Position numbers and translations under genes: made by a program. From Lytechinus pictus (taxonomy: Eukaryota), in NCBI RefSeq assembly GCF_037042905.1, contig NC_087246.1:9054001-9118000 (forward strand): DNA of 64,000 nt. Direction: 5' to 3'. The notes beneath the pieces are model-generated. The model saw only the letters and a program-made list of their open reading frames with translations. It had not been told where the DNA came from and ran no database searches. Positions 27,595-44,272 of this stretch are shown here, piece by piece (position 1 is the first letter of the stretch; each line of letters opens with the position of its first letter).

Positions 27595-28958
27595 AGGACA
27601 AGCCCACCCCAAATAATAGTTAATTTGAATAAAAGGAGAAAAATCCAACAACATAACACTGGAAATTTCATCAAAATCGGATGTAAACTGAGAAAGCTCA
27701 ACATTTCAAAGTTTTGCTTAATTTCACAGAACAGTTACAAGGGTGTAGGCTGGGGGGTGCACTCTCCCGCTGAGGCATAGGAGTTCAGACACTGGCAAGC
27801 AAAACAAACTTTGAACCCCTTCTGCTTTTAACGGCTAATTTTCCAAATTTTTGTTCCACACCTCCCCAAGATCAAAGATGTGCACCTCCCCCCATACCAC
27901 TGAAAGGTCAAGTCCACCCCAGAAAAATGTTGATTTGAATAGAGAAAATCAAACTAGCAAAACACTGAAAATTTCATCAAAATCAGATGCAAAATAAGAG
28001 TTATGACATTTTAAAGTTTTGCTTATTTTTCACAAAACAGTGATACGCACAATTCAGTGACATGCAAATGAGACAGTTGATGATGTCCCTCACTATTTCT
28101 TTTATTTATTGTTTGAATTATACAATATTTAATTTTTTATAGCTTTGACAATAAGGACCAACTTGATTGGATCATATAGTATTAAACAATGCTCATTCCA
28201 CATGTTCAGGGAGGAATTAATTGTAGTTTCACTTGACAATGAGGAAAAAAATAGAATATTCCAAATTTCATGTAATAAAATACTAAAGAAATGGCGAGTG
28301 GATGATGTCACCAATCTCCTCATTTGCATACACCCCAGGATGTGCATATAACTGTTTTATGAAATTAAGCAAAAGTTTAAAATGTCATAACTTTCTTATT
28401 TTACATCCGATTTTGATGAAATTGTCAGTGTTATGCTTGTTGGATTTTTCTCTTTTTATTAGTCAACTTTTTGGGGGTGGACTTATTCTTTAAGTTCCAC
28501 CTCCCCAGGATGTGTACCTCCCGGCCCCATGCCGAAACCAGCCTACGCCCTTGAGTTGTATGCACATCATGGCCAGTATGCAAATAAAGCTGTAAATTTC
28601 ATCAAAATCTAATGTAAAATTAGAAAGTTGACATTTTGAAGTTTTGCTTATTTTTCAAAAATAGTTATATGCACCACTCAGCGACATGCAAATGAGATAG
28701 CCCATGATGTCCCTCACTATTTCTTTTGTTTTAATTATACATTTCCATTTTTACAAATTTGACAATAATGACCAACTTGACTGAGCCACAAAATGTTAAA
28801 ACAATGGTAATTCCACATATCCAGGGAGGTATATAACTCGGTTCACACAACTGAGAAAATAAGAATCTAACATCCAATTTTGGGGAAATGTTCAATGTTA
28901 TGCTTGTTGGATTTTGTCTTTTTATTCAAATCAACTTTTTGTTGGGGTGGACATGTCC
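27595..28958. mobile_element. Three-level nest: Kolobok-like MITE containing a CA..TG element (27738-28553, 5-bp TSD) containing another Kolobok-like MITE (about 27905-28489)
   Basis: TIR CAAGGGTGTAGGCTGG / CCAGCCTACGCCCTTG with AGTTA/AGTTG flanks; outer and inner sequences match the 11526 family. Confidence 0.78.
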
Positions 28959-29372
28959 TTTCAATACAATTATTTTCACCCTGGAATCCACCTTTAAAAT
29001 GTCTACTGATGGGCATACATATTGATGGAAAGCATGTGATAATTTAGAGCTCATTGGAAGAAGTGAATGTTCTTTCAAATGTGATGTAATTGAGGAATTG
29101 CCCATACCATGCATATAAATGTTATAATTCCCTTTAGATACTTCTCACATCTGCTTGGTCTCATTTTCACCATTTCCAATCACTTCACATTCACCACTCT
29201 CCCATTATCTCTTTCTTTTACTAAACATTGGTTTGTCAATTTATCTCATAGTAAGGAGTCATTTTCATATTGCAACCCCTAATCAACTAACCATGAAAGC
29301 CAAGAGTTTGGTGAAAATAAATTGAAGAAAACATGATATTGCTAAATTTTGCAACAAAAAATATGGACAAAA

Positions 29373-29608
29373 TGGCCCAAATTCACAAAGGTGGTTACAA
29401 CTGTACAAAACCATGGACTATGCAGATTTCTTATATTTATTATCATGCTTCATTCAAGCATGAATTTCGCACCCTTTGCCCAAAGCACACATTTATAACT
29501 GGACTTTTCTTAGTGTACGTGATGAAATAAGTGTAATGTACGCATAATCTATATAGTCCATGGTTTTGTACCATGGCACAAGTGAAACCACTATGTGAAT
29601 TCAGGCCA
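29373..29608. mobile_element. Harbinger-like MITE
   Basis: GGCCCAAATTCACA / TGTGAATTCAGGCC TIRs plus internal IR ACAAAACCATGGACTAT. Confidence 0.65.
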
Positions 29609-29820
29609 AAAGGTTGATTTCCCTTACCCCCCCCCCCCCCCATATATTGTCTTCATCTCCTTTTCACAGAAAACAATACAAAATAAGCAGAAACTCTATG
29701 ACTGCATTTTTTTATGACTGATTTATTTAATTGACATGTACAATGTATGAGATACTCTAATTAGATGTAATGTGCATCTCTTGATGCTGAACCAGTCCAC
29801 AGCAATGATCAAGTTCCCTC

Positions 29821-33248
<3,428 letters not shown>

Positions 33249-34725
33249 TTTTGTAATGAGCCTGGAAAAAAATGACAAGAGTCAGAATGTAGTGAGAACG
33301 ATAAATCACTCAGAGCATGTAAGCATTATCTGCATAAAACTATGCAACCCACAGAAGCAACTGTTTTCTAATAGAAATATCTTTCAGTTGTATTTCACAT
33401 TAATTCTTTTCAAAAAAATATAGGGAAAAAGCACCCCTATCACAAATTATTAAACTTCTGAATTAGGTTCTGAATTGAAAATTAAATATTTAAGATAATT
33501 GACTGAATTCAATTATTCACAATCAACTATGTAATTAATTATCTTCTTTTTTCTTTTATATATCCCACTTTGTTAAAAATGCTTGTATACTTCTCTATTC
33601 ATATCTTGTTTATAATGTTGTTAATGAAATAATTCCTGTTAATACTGATCGATTTCGACAGGTCATGAAATCTAGTTAAAAAAATATGAAAATTTTTATA
33701 TTTGTTCACTGGACGAAATCCTGGTAGGAAACAGATCTTCCCATATACTCAAAGTAGACCCCGAGTCATTTCGATAAATGTTTAATTTATGAACAGCTGG
33801 TTACTGGTTAGTGGTGTTAACCAGGGAGGGGGGGGCAAAAAAAAAAGAATTTTCCCCAAAAGTTGCAGAATTTTCACATTTCACAATTAGCCTACAGCTA
33901 GAATCTAACGATAGATATACATCCAGATATATTTATTATCCATATTTTCCTTGAAATTTTTAGGTTGAAACTACAATAAATTAACTCAACTGACAATTTT
34001 TCTTTCTTGACTATTCTATTCATTTCTTTATTTTCTTGCTCTCCTTTTTTTCTCTACAAAAAATGAAAATGTAAATATCTGCAGGGATCAGGTTTCCTCT
34101 TTTATTAGTTTATCAGGATTTCAAATTCAGAATCAAGCTAGCCTCCAATCAAACATTATCATGATTAGATCTATGACTATGTAGTATGTCTAGATGTCCC
34201 AGATTTGCAGGCCTGGCCTAGAGTAGAAGTATAATTTTTTCTAGAAAGCTCATGATTTTTAGGGGGCTTTTTTTCTCTCCCACCCCCCCCCCCCTCCATA
34301 GGAAAACAAACTTGGGCTAAATAAAGCGACAATTATTATCAAATCCTACAATCATGTTGCATTCACACCGCGGTCCGCCACACACGCGCGAAGGCCGAAG
34401 CACAGCTCAGGCACGATCCCATTCACTTCCACATTGACATTGTCCGATATGCAACAGCATGCAGCACCTCTCACTCGTACTATACTAGCGTAGACAGGTC
34501 ATGGCATTTATGTATCTGCAATGCACTGCACGGAAAGTCAATCACTCAGCTTCTCTGCTAATCTAAATCAAAAATTTACCTCACTTTCACAACATTCAAA
34601 TAAAAAGGGGGCAGAAAATGTTAGGTGCGATTCAAAATGTGTCAGCGTACTGTATTTCATTCTATAACACAGTAAATTTTACATATTTTATTAACGAATT
34701 CCACGAATTCGTTTCCATGTCTTAC

Positions 34726-34755
34726 TTGAGAGCGTGCCACACGGAAAAAAGACTG
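34726..34755 (-). promoter_or_regulatory. RPS5: RPS5 TCT initiator / 5'TOP non-coding first exon
   Basis: Minus strand reads cagt-CTTTTTTCCGTGTGGCACGCTCTCAA|gtaag: a pyrimidine-tract start (C at 34751) followed by a consensus donor, joining the acceptor at 33261. Typical of ribosomal-protein genes. Confidence 0.8.
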
Positions 34756-35811
34756 ATGATAGGGCGCCAGCTATAGGTAATGAATAATTACAGAGCGATG
34801 TAATGAGGAAATGGGTTATAGAGATATTATTAGTCAGTAATGCACAAAAAATATATATCGACTAGTTATGGTCATTTCATAGACGGCCGGGAGAACCCCC
34901 CCCCCCCCCCCCCCCATAGGCGGAAAGGAAAGAAAACCGGGGGAGAGGGAAAAAGAAGAAAGAGGGAAAGGAGAGGAGAGGAGAACAGGGGAAGAGGTAA
35001 AATAAGAGGAGGAAGACATAAATTCTATAAAAATAAAAATCATTCTTTACTGTCATAATTATGAAATTTTCCCGCCTCACGCTTCGCGCTTGCATTGCCT
35101 ACTCGTTGAGATAAATATCTTGTTCAAGGGGCTTATTAAAATGGGGTTTAAAATATCTAGTTTTTAAGTTAATAGGCTTATACTCGCAGGCACAGCTTTT
35201 TATTTTGTTTGATTTACAATTACGTGACTTTAAAAATGCTCAATAAAATGTCTCTTTTTAGAATCTATAAATCAACAATTTCCAGCTCGCGCTACGAGCT
35301 CGCATTAATTGTTATATTTTGTAAAGTGGCTATCCTCTTTGTACATTCCATATTCCTTTTCAGGCGGATCCAGCTAGGGGGGCGAATTAGGGACCGCGGT
35401 TATATTCGATCCCCGATTCGATCCCCCAAAACTTCTCAGTCAACTTCTTGGTAATCATTCGATGAAAAAAATGACCATCAGCAGCTGGTCACTTGGCAGT
35501 TAAGTTTTGAATAGGCTACAATCCAGGAAGTGGGACAGACCGAGAGAGAGAGGGGAGCCTGAGAAATGGAGGAGGTGGGGGTACATATGACAATTATAAT
35601 TTATAAAAGGACAAAAAGAAGAGGAATGCCCTTTTAACCAAGTCTTACCATATTATCTCGGCCTCTATATAGCTTGTAACAGCTACCATCACATTACTCT
35701 GACTCTCACAAACACACTGCTGAGGTCCACAAGATGAATATGTTACATTGAATTACAATTCCTGTTCACTAGCTCATGCCATTCAAATTTCAATTTAGTA
35801 AATTTGCCTAA

Positions 35812-35917
35812 CCCAGTCAGCAAAGTATCTGGGCCCCATATGGGTTTCATGTGGGCCATATGGGGCCCACATGAAACCCATGGGGCCCATATTGGCCCAG
35901 ATACTTTGCTGACTGGG
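35812..35917. mobile_element. Tiny CACTA/EnSpm-like MITE
   Basis: 24-bp perfect TIR CCCAGTCAGCAAAGTATCTGGGCC, AA 2-bp TSD, internal CCCATATGGG-type repeats. Confidence 0.8.
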
Positions 35918-36759
35918 AAGGAACCAAAACTTATCTCACTCATCAATTTAGCATAACACCCTTAGCTTTGCATGTTCCAATTTAGGACTAACCACTAAAA
36001 ACCTGATTCCTGCCCTGCCTAACCGAGCTTAGTCTCTCAGGAGGAGAGAAATGGGGGGGGGGGGGGTAGAGATGGAGGGAGGGGTTGTTAAATGTTCTGT
36101 TGACCTTTATCCCATTAACGTACTTCACCTATCTTACCCACTAATCTCCTGACTATCATGAACGCATTGCTGAGATCAACATGATAAAGTCAAAATGCTG
36201 CACTAAAAATTGCAATTCATGATCACTCATGCATTAAATTTTAATTTAATAACGCATGAAATTTTCTCAAACAACAAACTGATCGATTGATCAATTTATT
36301 AATTCGTCACGAAACCGGCAATTTTGCAAGTTCCAAACAAAAAAATGTCATAAATTGGAAGACAAATTCCGACCCAGCCTAATTTTCATACCCTTTGTTT
36401 CATTGGGCAGTGCCGATCGCTCAAGCATGAATAATTTTCTAACTTTTTGGTGTCATTGGAAAGATGGCTTTATTGGCTTTCCATTATGTAAATCCTTTCC
36501 CCCAAAGTGATATATTTCTTTTATTTGGCAGCCATTTCAAAAGTGTATAGTTTTTTGGGGGACGCATGCACTGTATATAAAATTTTCGCTCGATCGTATT
36601 GCCATCATGAGAAAAATATATTATCTGGCTTGTTAACAGGGTAACTAAGAATGGCTTGGAATATCCCGTTAAGTCAATATACAACAAAAATATGGCTCGC
36701 ACATTGAGCTATTTCACTATATAATCCTGTCAAAAAAAAATGCTCACTTAAATTTCCAG

Positions 36760-36930
36760 GACCCCGTTGCATAAAACTGTTGCCATAAAAAAACTCTGGC
36801 GATTTTTTGCCAGAGTTTGTAATTTTCAATGGCATCATTTTATTTGCCAGAGTTTTTGCGGGAGTTTTTGCGGGAGTTTTTTGTTTATTTGCCAGAGTTT
36901 TTTTAATCAAAAGTTTCATGCAACGGGCAC
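36760..36930. mobile_element. Harbinger-like MITE
   Basis: CAG TSD, CCCGTTGCAT / ATGCAACGGG TIR core, internal GCCAGAGTTT repeats. Confidence 0.72.
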
Positions 36931-37828
36931 CAGGATGTATGAATATCAGAAATGTTCAGCTCACGCTGCCTGCTCGCATTGATCGATGACGTTCGTTCAT
37001 TTATGATTCAAAAACTTTGAAAATCCCGTTTTCATCACATTTTTCAGCTCGCACTGCGTGCTTGCATTGTTTGAATATTGATGTATTCGTCGATCCTAAA
37101 GTGTTTCCCCATTTTTAGGTCGAATGTAAAAAAAATATTCAAAAAAAAAGGCTCGCGCAGCGCGCTTGCATTATTTAATTTGTAAAAGGGACCGACCTAT
37201 ATAGGGACAACCCCTTCATTAATTTTTACCCCCAAAAATTCTCAAATTACAAATTATCGATGTACGGTCAAAACCTAATTCTGCTCGGCGAGCTTCGATT
37301 GCGCTCGCGTACGTTGCTTACTTAGATAGGCATAGTCGGATCGAGGTGGGGCCCCAAGGGCCCGCCCGGCCCCTCCCTTATTGGCGAAGAAAACTAAGAA
37401 AATTGAAAAAAAGGGGAAATTTAGGAAAGAAAAAATAAAAAAGAAGGGAACATGAGGAGAAAAAAGGAAGAGGAAAATAAGAAAAGGAAAGCAAGTACTA
37501 ATAAGTAGAATGAGGCACCTTTCTTTCTCTTTATTTTTCTATTAATTTTTGAAAAAAATATATGGGCATGCAGCCCGCGAACCGCGGCCCACAGTCTAGA
37601 TGGGTGTGGTATGTTTTGGGCGTGGTCTGATATCAATCAGCACATGACTTTATGGGAGATTGAGTTGCGCAATCAATCAAATGATATGCTGCACAAGATT
37701 GTTATCCTCATCAACTTTCTTTTTCTTTCGAGCATGCATGTAGTAACACGCAGTCTTACCCTGAGTTAATCATCTTGTAAATGTTACACTCTTTGGTACT
37801 GGTGGCCGTGGGGTGACCGTAATGTAAA

Positions 37829-40800
37829 ATGGCCTCTTCTAAAACTAAAAGATTCGAAGATGACGCAAAAGTGATTGATTTTATAAAGCTCTTCCCGTCG
37901 CTCAAAATAACAGACGATGCTTTCAGCAAAGCTAAGAAGGTAACCCCAGCACTTGTGTCGTATTTGATAATTTGTGTTTGCCATTTTTATTTTAATTGCG
38001 ATATTCTACGAGAACTTAGCCTAACTCACTTGTTCACTGCAACCATCCTGCCTGTGGGGATCGGAATCTACAGCCACAGGTAGGACTATGCCTGGTAGTG
38101 CTAGTGGTATGCCAATGCTGTACAGAGCACTCACTTTAAAAAATCATTAAAATATCACTTTTGTGACCAAAATTACTAATTTCCTTACAGTTGCAATTTT
38201 TTGTTCATTAGTAATTTGGGAATAATTTTTGTATTCACCAGAGCGCTCAAAAACTTGAATTTTGGGCATATTTTTGTGTACGCCCTCTATTGGTGGAAAG
38301 TATGTATGGCAAGAAAATTTTCATTTTTCAATCTCTATTTTTAATTAAGAAAAAATAATTTAAAGAATCAAATTTACTTACGAGCCAAATTATATAATAA
38401 AAAGCTGTAATGGAAACTGACAGTGTAAAAAAATCAAGCATTTGTCCCAACAAAAAGAGAAAATAAGCCAAACATTGCCAACCTTATTTTGCCACACATG
38501 GAGATGTAACTGAGAACAAAATATCATAACCTTGTTCATTGAATGAGTGGCCTAACTAAGCCCTAAGCAGTCCGCTTCATTTTTCAAGTTGTTCAACGTC
38601 ATGTCAACGACCATGCATGCAGGTTGTCGGCTGGTATCGGCTGCCGGCTGGAGACAGTCGAACTCGGAACAGCAGGTGCCTGGATAGACAGGAGTCGGGA
38701 ATAAGTTAACCGTCGTTTCTGGGGATTTATCTAACAATTTTTGACATTTTACTATCATCCCCATTCACCTACGGTACTACGTACGTGCGAGCCTAGCCGA
38801 GCGCGAGCGTGCGCATGTGCATATTATTATATAACCTCCTTCGTAGATTATTCGTGTATGCTCAACTCCACTTCTCAAGCCAGGTCTATTCTGTTCTACA
38901 TGTACATGTTCTAGAGAGTAAAAATCATTAACTAACGTATGCTTACTCTCCACGAAGCCAGGGATTCTATTGCATTCATCTACACATTCGCACGCGTCCA
39001 TAACGTTGGGGAAGAACAGTCAATAGTGAATAGGAAACGATGGCGGCGTAAACCTCGGGCTAGTCTCTCCCGTCTTATAATTTTTTCTCATATTTTTTAT
39101 GAATTCTTGTTTAAATGAAATCGATAGCGTAGAAATGTCGGAAATGAAGTTGTATCCCATTTACAAAATTTAGGGCTAGATCTTTTAGAAGGAAAGTTTG
39201 AGGTTTTTGGCGGTATGTGTAGATGAATGCAATAGAATCCCTGGCATTGTGGAGAGTTAGCATACGTTAGTAAGTGATTTTTACTCTCTAGAAGCCTCCT
39301 GGCTACCTCGAGTGATGTTCGTCATTATTATGGTGCAGGCTCCACTCCACTTCACCGCTACACTACGCTCCACCTACCCGAACATCAAGGTCCAAAACTC
39401 TGATACTCAGAGTGGCAAAGGTGGGAAAAAATGCATATTTACACTGAAACTAGCTTAAAAAGAATAAGAAGCTTAAAATTTTTTACTTTTCATCCTAACT
39501 TTACTTCATACTCATCCTCCGGTTAGCCTCAAAATCAGTGATTTTAGAGCCAACATTGAGTTCCTTACACGTATAAATAATTCGCTGCCAATTCAAAACA
39601 TTGCATGGGCATGCGCGAGGGTCCGAGCTCAGACCCTCGCCCATGCCCATGTGATGTTTTGAAATTGGCAGCAAATTATTTAAAAAATCAGCTCGTGCTT
39701 CGTGCTCGCATCATTTTTAAAGTGCGATCCACATCCACTTCACAATTTTAATACACAGTGCTTGAAATGGTGCTTAAAGGGGAATCTAGCCTTGGTCAAA
39801 AAATGTTGTGTTGGAAAGGAGAAAAATAAATAAATCAGAATGGTGAAAGTTTGAGAGAAATTGGACAAGCGATAAGAAAGTTATGGCTGCTTTAAAATTT
39901 AGATCCCTAAGACTTCAAATTTCATATTGGCAACTGGGTAAGTTGCCAATTCATTACTTTCTTAATATTGTTTGTCTGATATTGTTCAAACTTTCACCTA
40001 TCAACTTGTCAGATTTTTCTTTTCCGCAAGAAATAGTTTTTATTCGGGCTTGATTCCCCTTTAAATTCATGCCTGTTCAGGGTGCAATGTGTTATATGAT
40101 TCAATAGAAATTGACAATATTTGCTTTATTTTTTTGTTTGCATTTTGAATGAAGGTAAAATGCAGTTTGACTGGTCATGAATTGCCATGCAGACTTGCTG
40201 AACTGGAGAAGTACACCAATGGCAAGAGGTTCAAGACTGCTCAGGACAGAGACAAAGACAAGTTTGAACAGTACAAGCCACACATCGTTCCTAGTACCAA
40301 GAAAGGAAGAGAGTAAGTTTTTTTTTTATCAGGACATTCATCAATTATAAGCAATGCTTTTGATGTACACATATGTAGAGAAAATGGTGGAGGTCTGAAA
40401 TGTATGTTTTGGTGGGATCAGAGAACCAATGAAGAAAGGAGGGGGATCTTTTCACTATACTAAATCAACTTTGCTAAAGTAGACTGTGTCCTAATTGCAG
40501 AGGCAGCGGAACATCAGGCTCGGACAAAGAAAGTGGAGGAGCACCTTTTGTCTACCAAATAATAGGTGCCCCTCCACTTTCATTGTATGAGCCTGACGTT
40601 CCGCCGCCTCTGTATAGTTGAAATAGATTACTTGATGGTTCAATCAAAGTTATTATGAAATATTATCTGTTATTTCTTGCATTTTAAATAAAATTACTCC
40701 CATTTAGAGCTACATTCATTTATGCAAGTTCAATCAATTTGAATAGAAATACATTTGTAGGCAGCAATAGGAGTTGGCTTTATTGCTCTAGGGAATATTA

Positions 40801-43800
40801 TTTTGCTGATCCGACGAATACCATTGTTTTACAAATCAGGAATCAGTTGTTTTGCACACTGACTGTGCGTCACATCAACCGTGTACCAGCTCATGTGGAA
40901 CGTCATGTCAATGGAAGGAGGTACAAGAAAGCCCTGGAAAAATGTGAGTTGGGGATAATTTTTTGGGGTTATTGAAAAGTGAGTTATTATTTGAAAATTA
41001 TAACTATTTGTAATTAAAATCATTTTCATTGATGGACCCATAAAACAAAAAGTAAGTTATTGTCTCGCCTGCATAGCAGAGCGAGACTATAGGTGCCGCT
41101 TTTCTGACGGTGGCGGTGTGTTAACATCAAATCTTATTCTCAAACATGGGCCTAGTTCATGAAACTTAGACATAATGCCAAATGGTTATCAAGTATTATT
41201 GAAAACCCTGCCTGAGTTTCAGTTCACATGACCAAGGTCAAAGTTCATTTGGGTCAATGAACTTGGATTATGTTGGGGGAATCAAAGCGAAATCTTAACC
41301 AAGGTCAAGTTTTTTAAATGTCATAACTCTGAAAGTATATGGATCTACTCCATGAAACTTGGACATAAGAGTAATCAAGCATCAGTGAACATCCAGCGTG
41401 AGTTTCAGGTCATATGACCAAGGTCAAAGAACTTTGGCCATGTTGGGGGTATTTGTTGAACTGCCATCATAACTTTGATAGTTAATGGATTTAGTTCATG
41501 AAATGTGGACTTAAGGGTAGGTAATCAAGTATCACTGATCGTCTTGCACAAGTCTTTGGTCACGCCATCAAGGTCAAATGTCATTGAGGGTCAATGAACA
41601 TAGTATTTTATCATGTAAATGATTATCCTATATTCGTTTTCGAAGTCAGCACTGCTGCTATATTGAATTGCATAATGCAGGCGAGACTGTCAGAGGCACT
41701 CCACTTGTTAAATAATATACAGGGAAATTCTCAATCGTTAATATTATTCTTCATACTATGATGAAAACATCAAGAAAGTTGTTGTTGAGGATATCGAGTT
41801 TGAGGGGGGGAATAATGAATAACCTGCTATTCTGGAATTGATGTTTATTCTAGAACAACGCAAGGACACTGTATGAATTATATTTTGAAGGTACATTTAT
41901 GTCGTAAACCTGTGATAGCATTTTTTTATGTTTCTTGTCAATGTTTTTTTTATTAGATGAAGAATGCCAGAGACAAGGTATCAAATTTAAGCCTCTTGCA
42001 CGGAGCAAGAAGAAAGAGAGTGATTCTGATATCAAGAAGTATAGCCATCATGCCGACAGTGATACCAGTGATTCAGAAGATGAGTCAGATGACAGTATGA
42101 GTGATTTATACCCTCGTAAGTCAATCATTTCAAAATCTTCATTGATATTAAAGTGGTTAATCAGTATAGGCTGACTTGCCTTTTTAGAGAGGGAAATGTT
42201 TAATAGTACTGGTTTAGTTTGGACTATAAAGCAGACATGACATCTAGCTTTGAGACCTTGGTATATCTGATGCAGCTCTGAATTCACAACAAGCATTAAT
42301 AACAAGTTGGAATGCTTAACCCCTCCCTCCTGTGCAACCACCTCATTTAATTGCATTTGAAATTAGAAACAGGCTTGGTAGCGTGGAAGAAATGATCAAT
42401 TGCAAAACTCAAATTGGTGTGTAGTAGATCTAGATCTAAGCAGACTTAAAAATGTGATCTTAGGTCTCCTAGAAAGTCAAATGTGAGATACCCTAAACCA
42501 CTCGTGTGATTTTAGACCTCATCCAAATCTGAGACAGTTTCACTTCATTTTCTATTCAAATTAGAATTATTTTTTATTGAAATATACATGTGATATCTAT
42601 TTCAAACAAAAATGTGGCAGAATGTAGGGTATTTTTGTCATTTTTCTCCTGGTTTAAACTTTAAGTGAAATTTCACATGATCACATGATTAAGGTCAAAG
42701 GTCATATAGGGTCAATGAACTTTGTTAAGGCTATCAACATTGAAATCTTAACCAAGGATGAGCTTTTGAAATGTCATAACTTTTAGTATTAATGGATCTA
42801 TTGCATGAAGAAACTAGGATATCACTAGATATCACTGATCATAATGTGACCTTTGTAATAATAAAGGTCAAAGGTCACTAATGGTCAATAAACTTAGTAC
42901 TTTATTATGTGAATGTTGTTTTTTGTGAAGGAATTATTCATCATAGTTTTCAAAATAAACACTGTTGCTACATGTATATTGAATCATGTAATGCAGGTGA
43001 GACTGCCAGAACTGCCCCTCTTGTTGAATTTTATGGCACCATTCTTCCTAATGCTGGGTTAGTTACCCACTTAAATATGAAGATATTGTATTTTTTCTTT
43101 TTATTTCAAGTAGAGAGGAATGCTCCTGTTGTCATGAAAAAATCATGTATTTAAATGCTATTGTAGAGAAGTGAGCCCAATGAGGACATTCTTTGTTTCA
43201 AGTACCAGTAATCGATATTCTGAGTTTCTCCTTTTTTTTCTCTCTGAATCAGGAGAATATTTTGAGAGATTGCAAGATGGAGGAGAAGGAGAAGATGATG
43301 ATGACTCTGATTTTGATATCGAGAACAATGACTGTGGATTAAGTACTCAAAATGAATCTAAACCTACACCTAGTGGTCAAGCTAAACGAAAGGTAAGTAC
43401 ACTGCAGGTCATTAATTGTTTCCTTGCTTTATACTATTTCGACAACCTCATTTTTTAGCTCTGGATCACCATTCTAAAACTAAGCAAGTTTTCTCAAACT
43501 GCTTAGAAACATTAAACATATTCCACTACATTTGGCATTCCTGAGCTTTTATGTACATGAGCTATCATTCAGAAGATACTTTCTGCCATGGCAAAAGATT
43601 GCTTTCTCTATATCCCACAGCATGTACTGTACCCTAGCACATGTTCATTTGCTGTGTGTAATACCTATGGAATCCACTCCTCTTTGGTCTTGATCCTTAG
43701 ACCCTGTTCATTTGGTGACAAATTATGGATTAGAACTGAAAATGAAATTTCAGCTAGTAGCATGATAAAAAAAAGTTATGAGGCAGAGTGGATGTGACAA

Positions 43801-44272
43801 TTGGTGAGAAAGGGGTTAGTTCACACCCCCCCCCCCCCATTGGCTGTGTTAAGGTCAAAAGTTTCTAGTATTTTTAGGCAGAATATAAAAAGATTACTTA
43901 AAAATCAAGGAACCTATTTCTAACTTGTCTGTGAAATGAAATATTTAATCTGACATTGTTAACCATGTCCACTAAATTCCACTATCGTAAACACATTCGA
44001 TGGTACCATTTAAAATGAAACATAAGAACACACCACACCTCATAGGCTTCGAAAACTTTCACAATTTGTCAAATATCCATTCATGACAAATTGGTCAGGC
44101 ACTGTGTCTGTTAACACATAATCATTATTTGCTTCTCTGTCCAATTCATTTGCAGAATAAATCAAAGAAAGGAGGAAGAAGAAAGTTTGCCAAAACTCAA
44201 TCAACACATTTATCACAGAATGGAATGACTGAAAAGAAGGGGAAAAGGAGAAAAGGGACTGGTATGACATGA
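37829..44272 (+). CDS. SURF2: Surfeit locus protein 2 (about 262 aa, 6 exons)
   Basis: Exons 37829-37939, 40155-40312, 40840-40943, 41957-42115, 43253-43392, 44156-44272; phases consistent. Motifs VKCSLTGHELPCRL, PHIVPSTK, QLFCTLTVRHINR..HV.RHVNGRRY.KAL, YEECQRQG, DDSMSDLYP. The last two exons are low-complexity and less certain. Confidence 0.93.
38878..39680. mobile_element. Composite: ~80-bp IR element (38909-38987 / 39215-39293) abutting one arm and a central hairpin of a relative of the 15424 foldback
   Basis: CTAGAGAGTAAAAATCA...CATCTACACAT inverted pair; TACCTCGAGTGATGTTCG...CCACCTACCCGAACATC from 39304; hairpin about 39578-39678. Confidence 0.65.
39778..40060. mobile_element. Short Kolobok-like MITE
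   Basis: TTAA-AGGGGAATC ... GATTCCCCT-TTAA. Confidence 0.8.
40498..40612. mobile_element. Small hAT-like hairpin MITE
   Basis: CAGAGGCAGCGGAAC / GTTCCGCCGCCTCTG; nearly the whole element is an inverted repeat. Confidence 0.7.
41057..41709 (+). mobile_element. HINE/DINE-1-like element, diverged copy (SURF2 intron 3)
   Basis: GTCTCGCCTGCATAGCAGAGCGAGAC start, internal repeat units, ATGCAGGCGAGAC...CACTTGTT end. Confidence 0.8.
42670..43026 (+). mobile_element. 5'-truncated degenerate HINE copy
   Basis: AAGGTCAAAGGTCA repeat cores and ATGCAGGTGAGAC...CTTGTT end; start approximate. Confidence 0.65.

Noticed and set aside
38281..38296. CTCF-like motif (CCAATAGAGGGCG on the minus strand) in SURF2 intron 1
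   Set aside because: Single short motif match with no supporting evidence.
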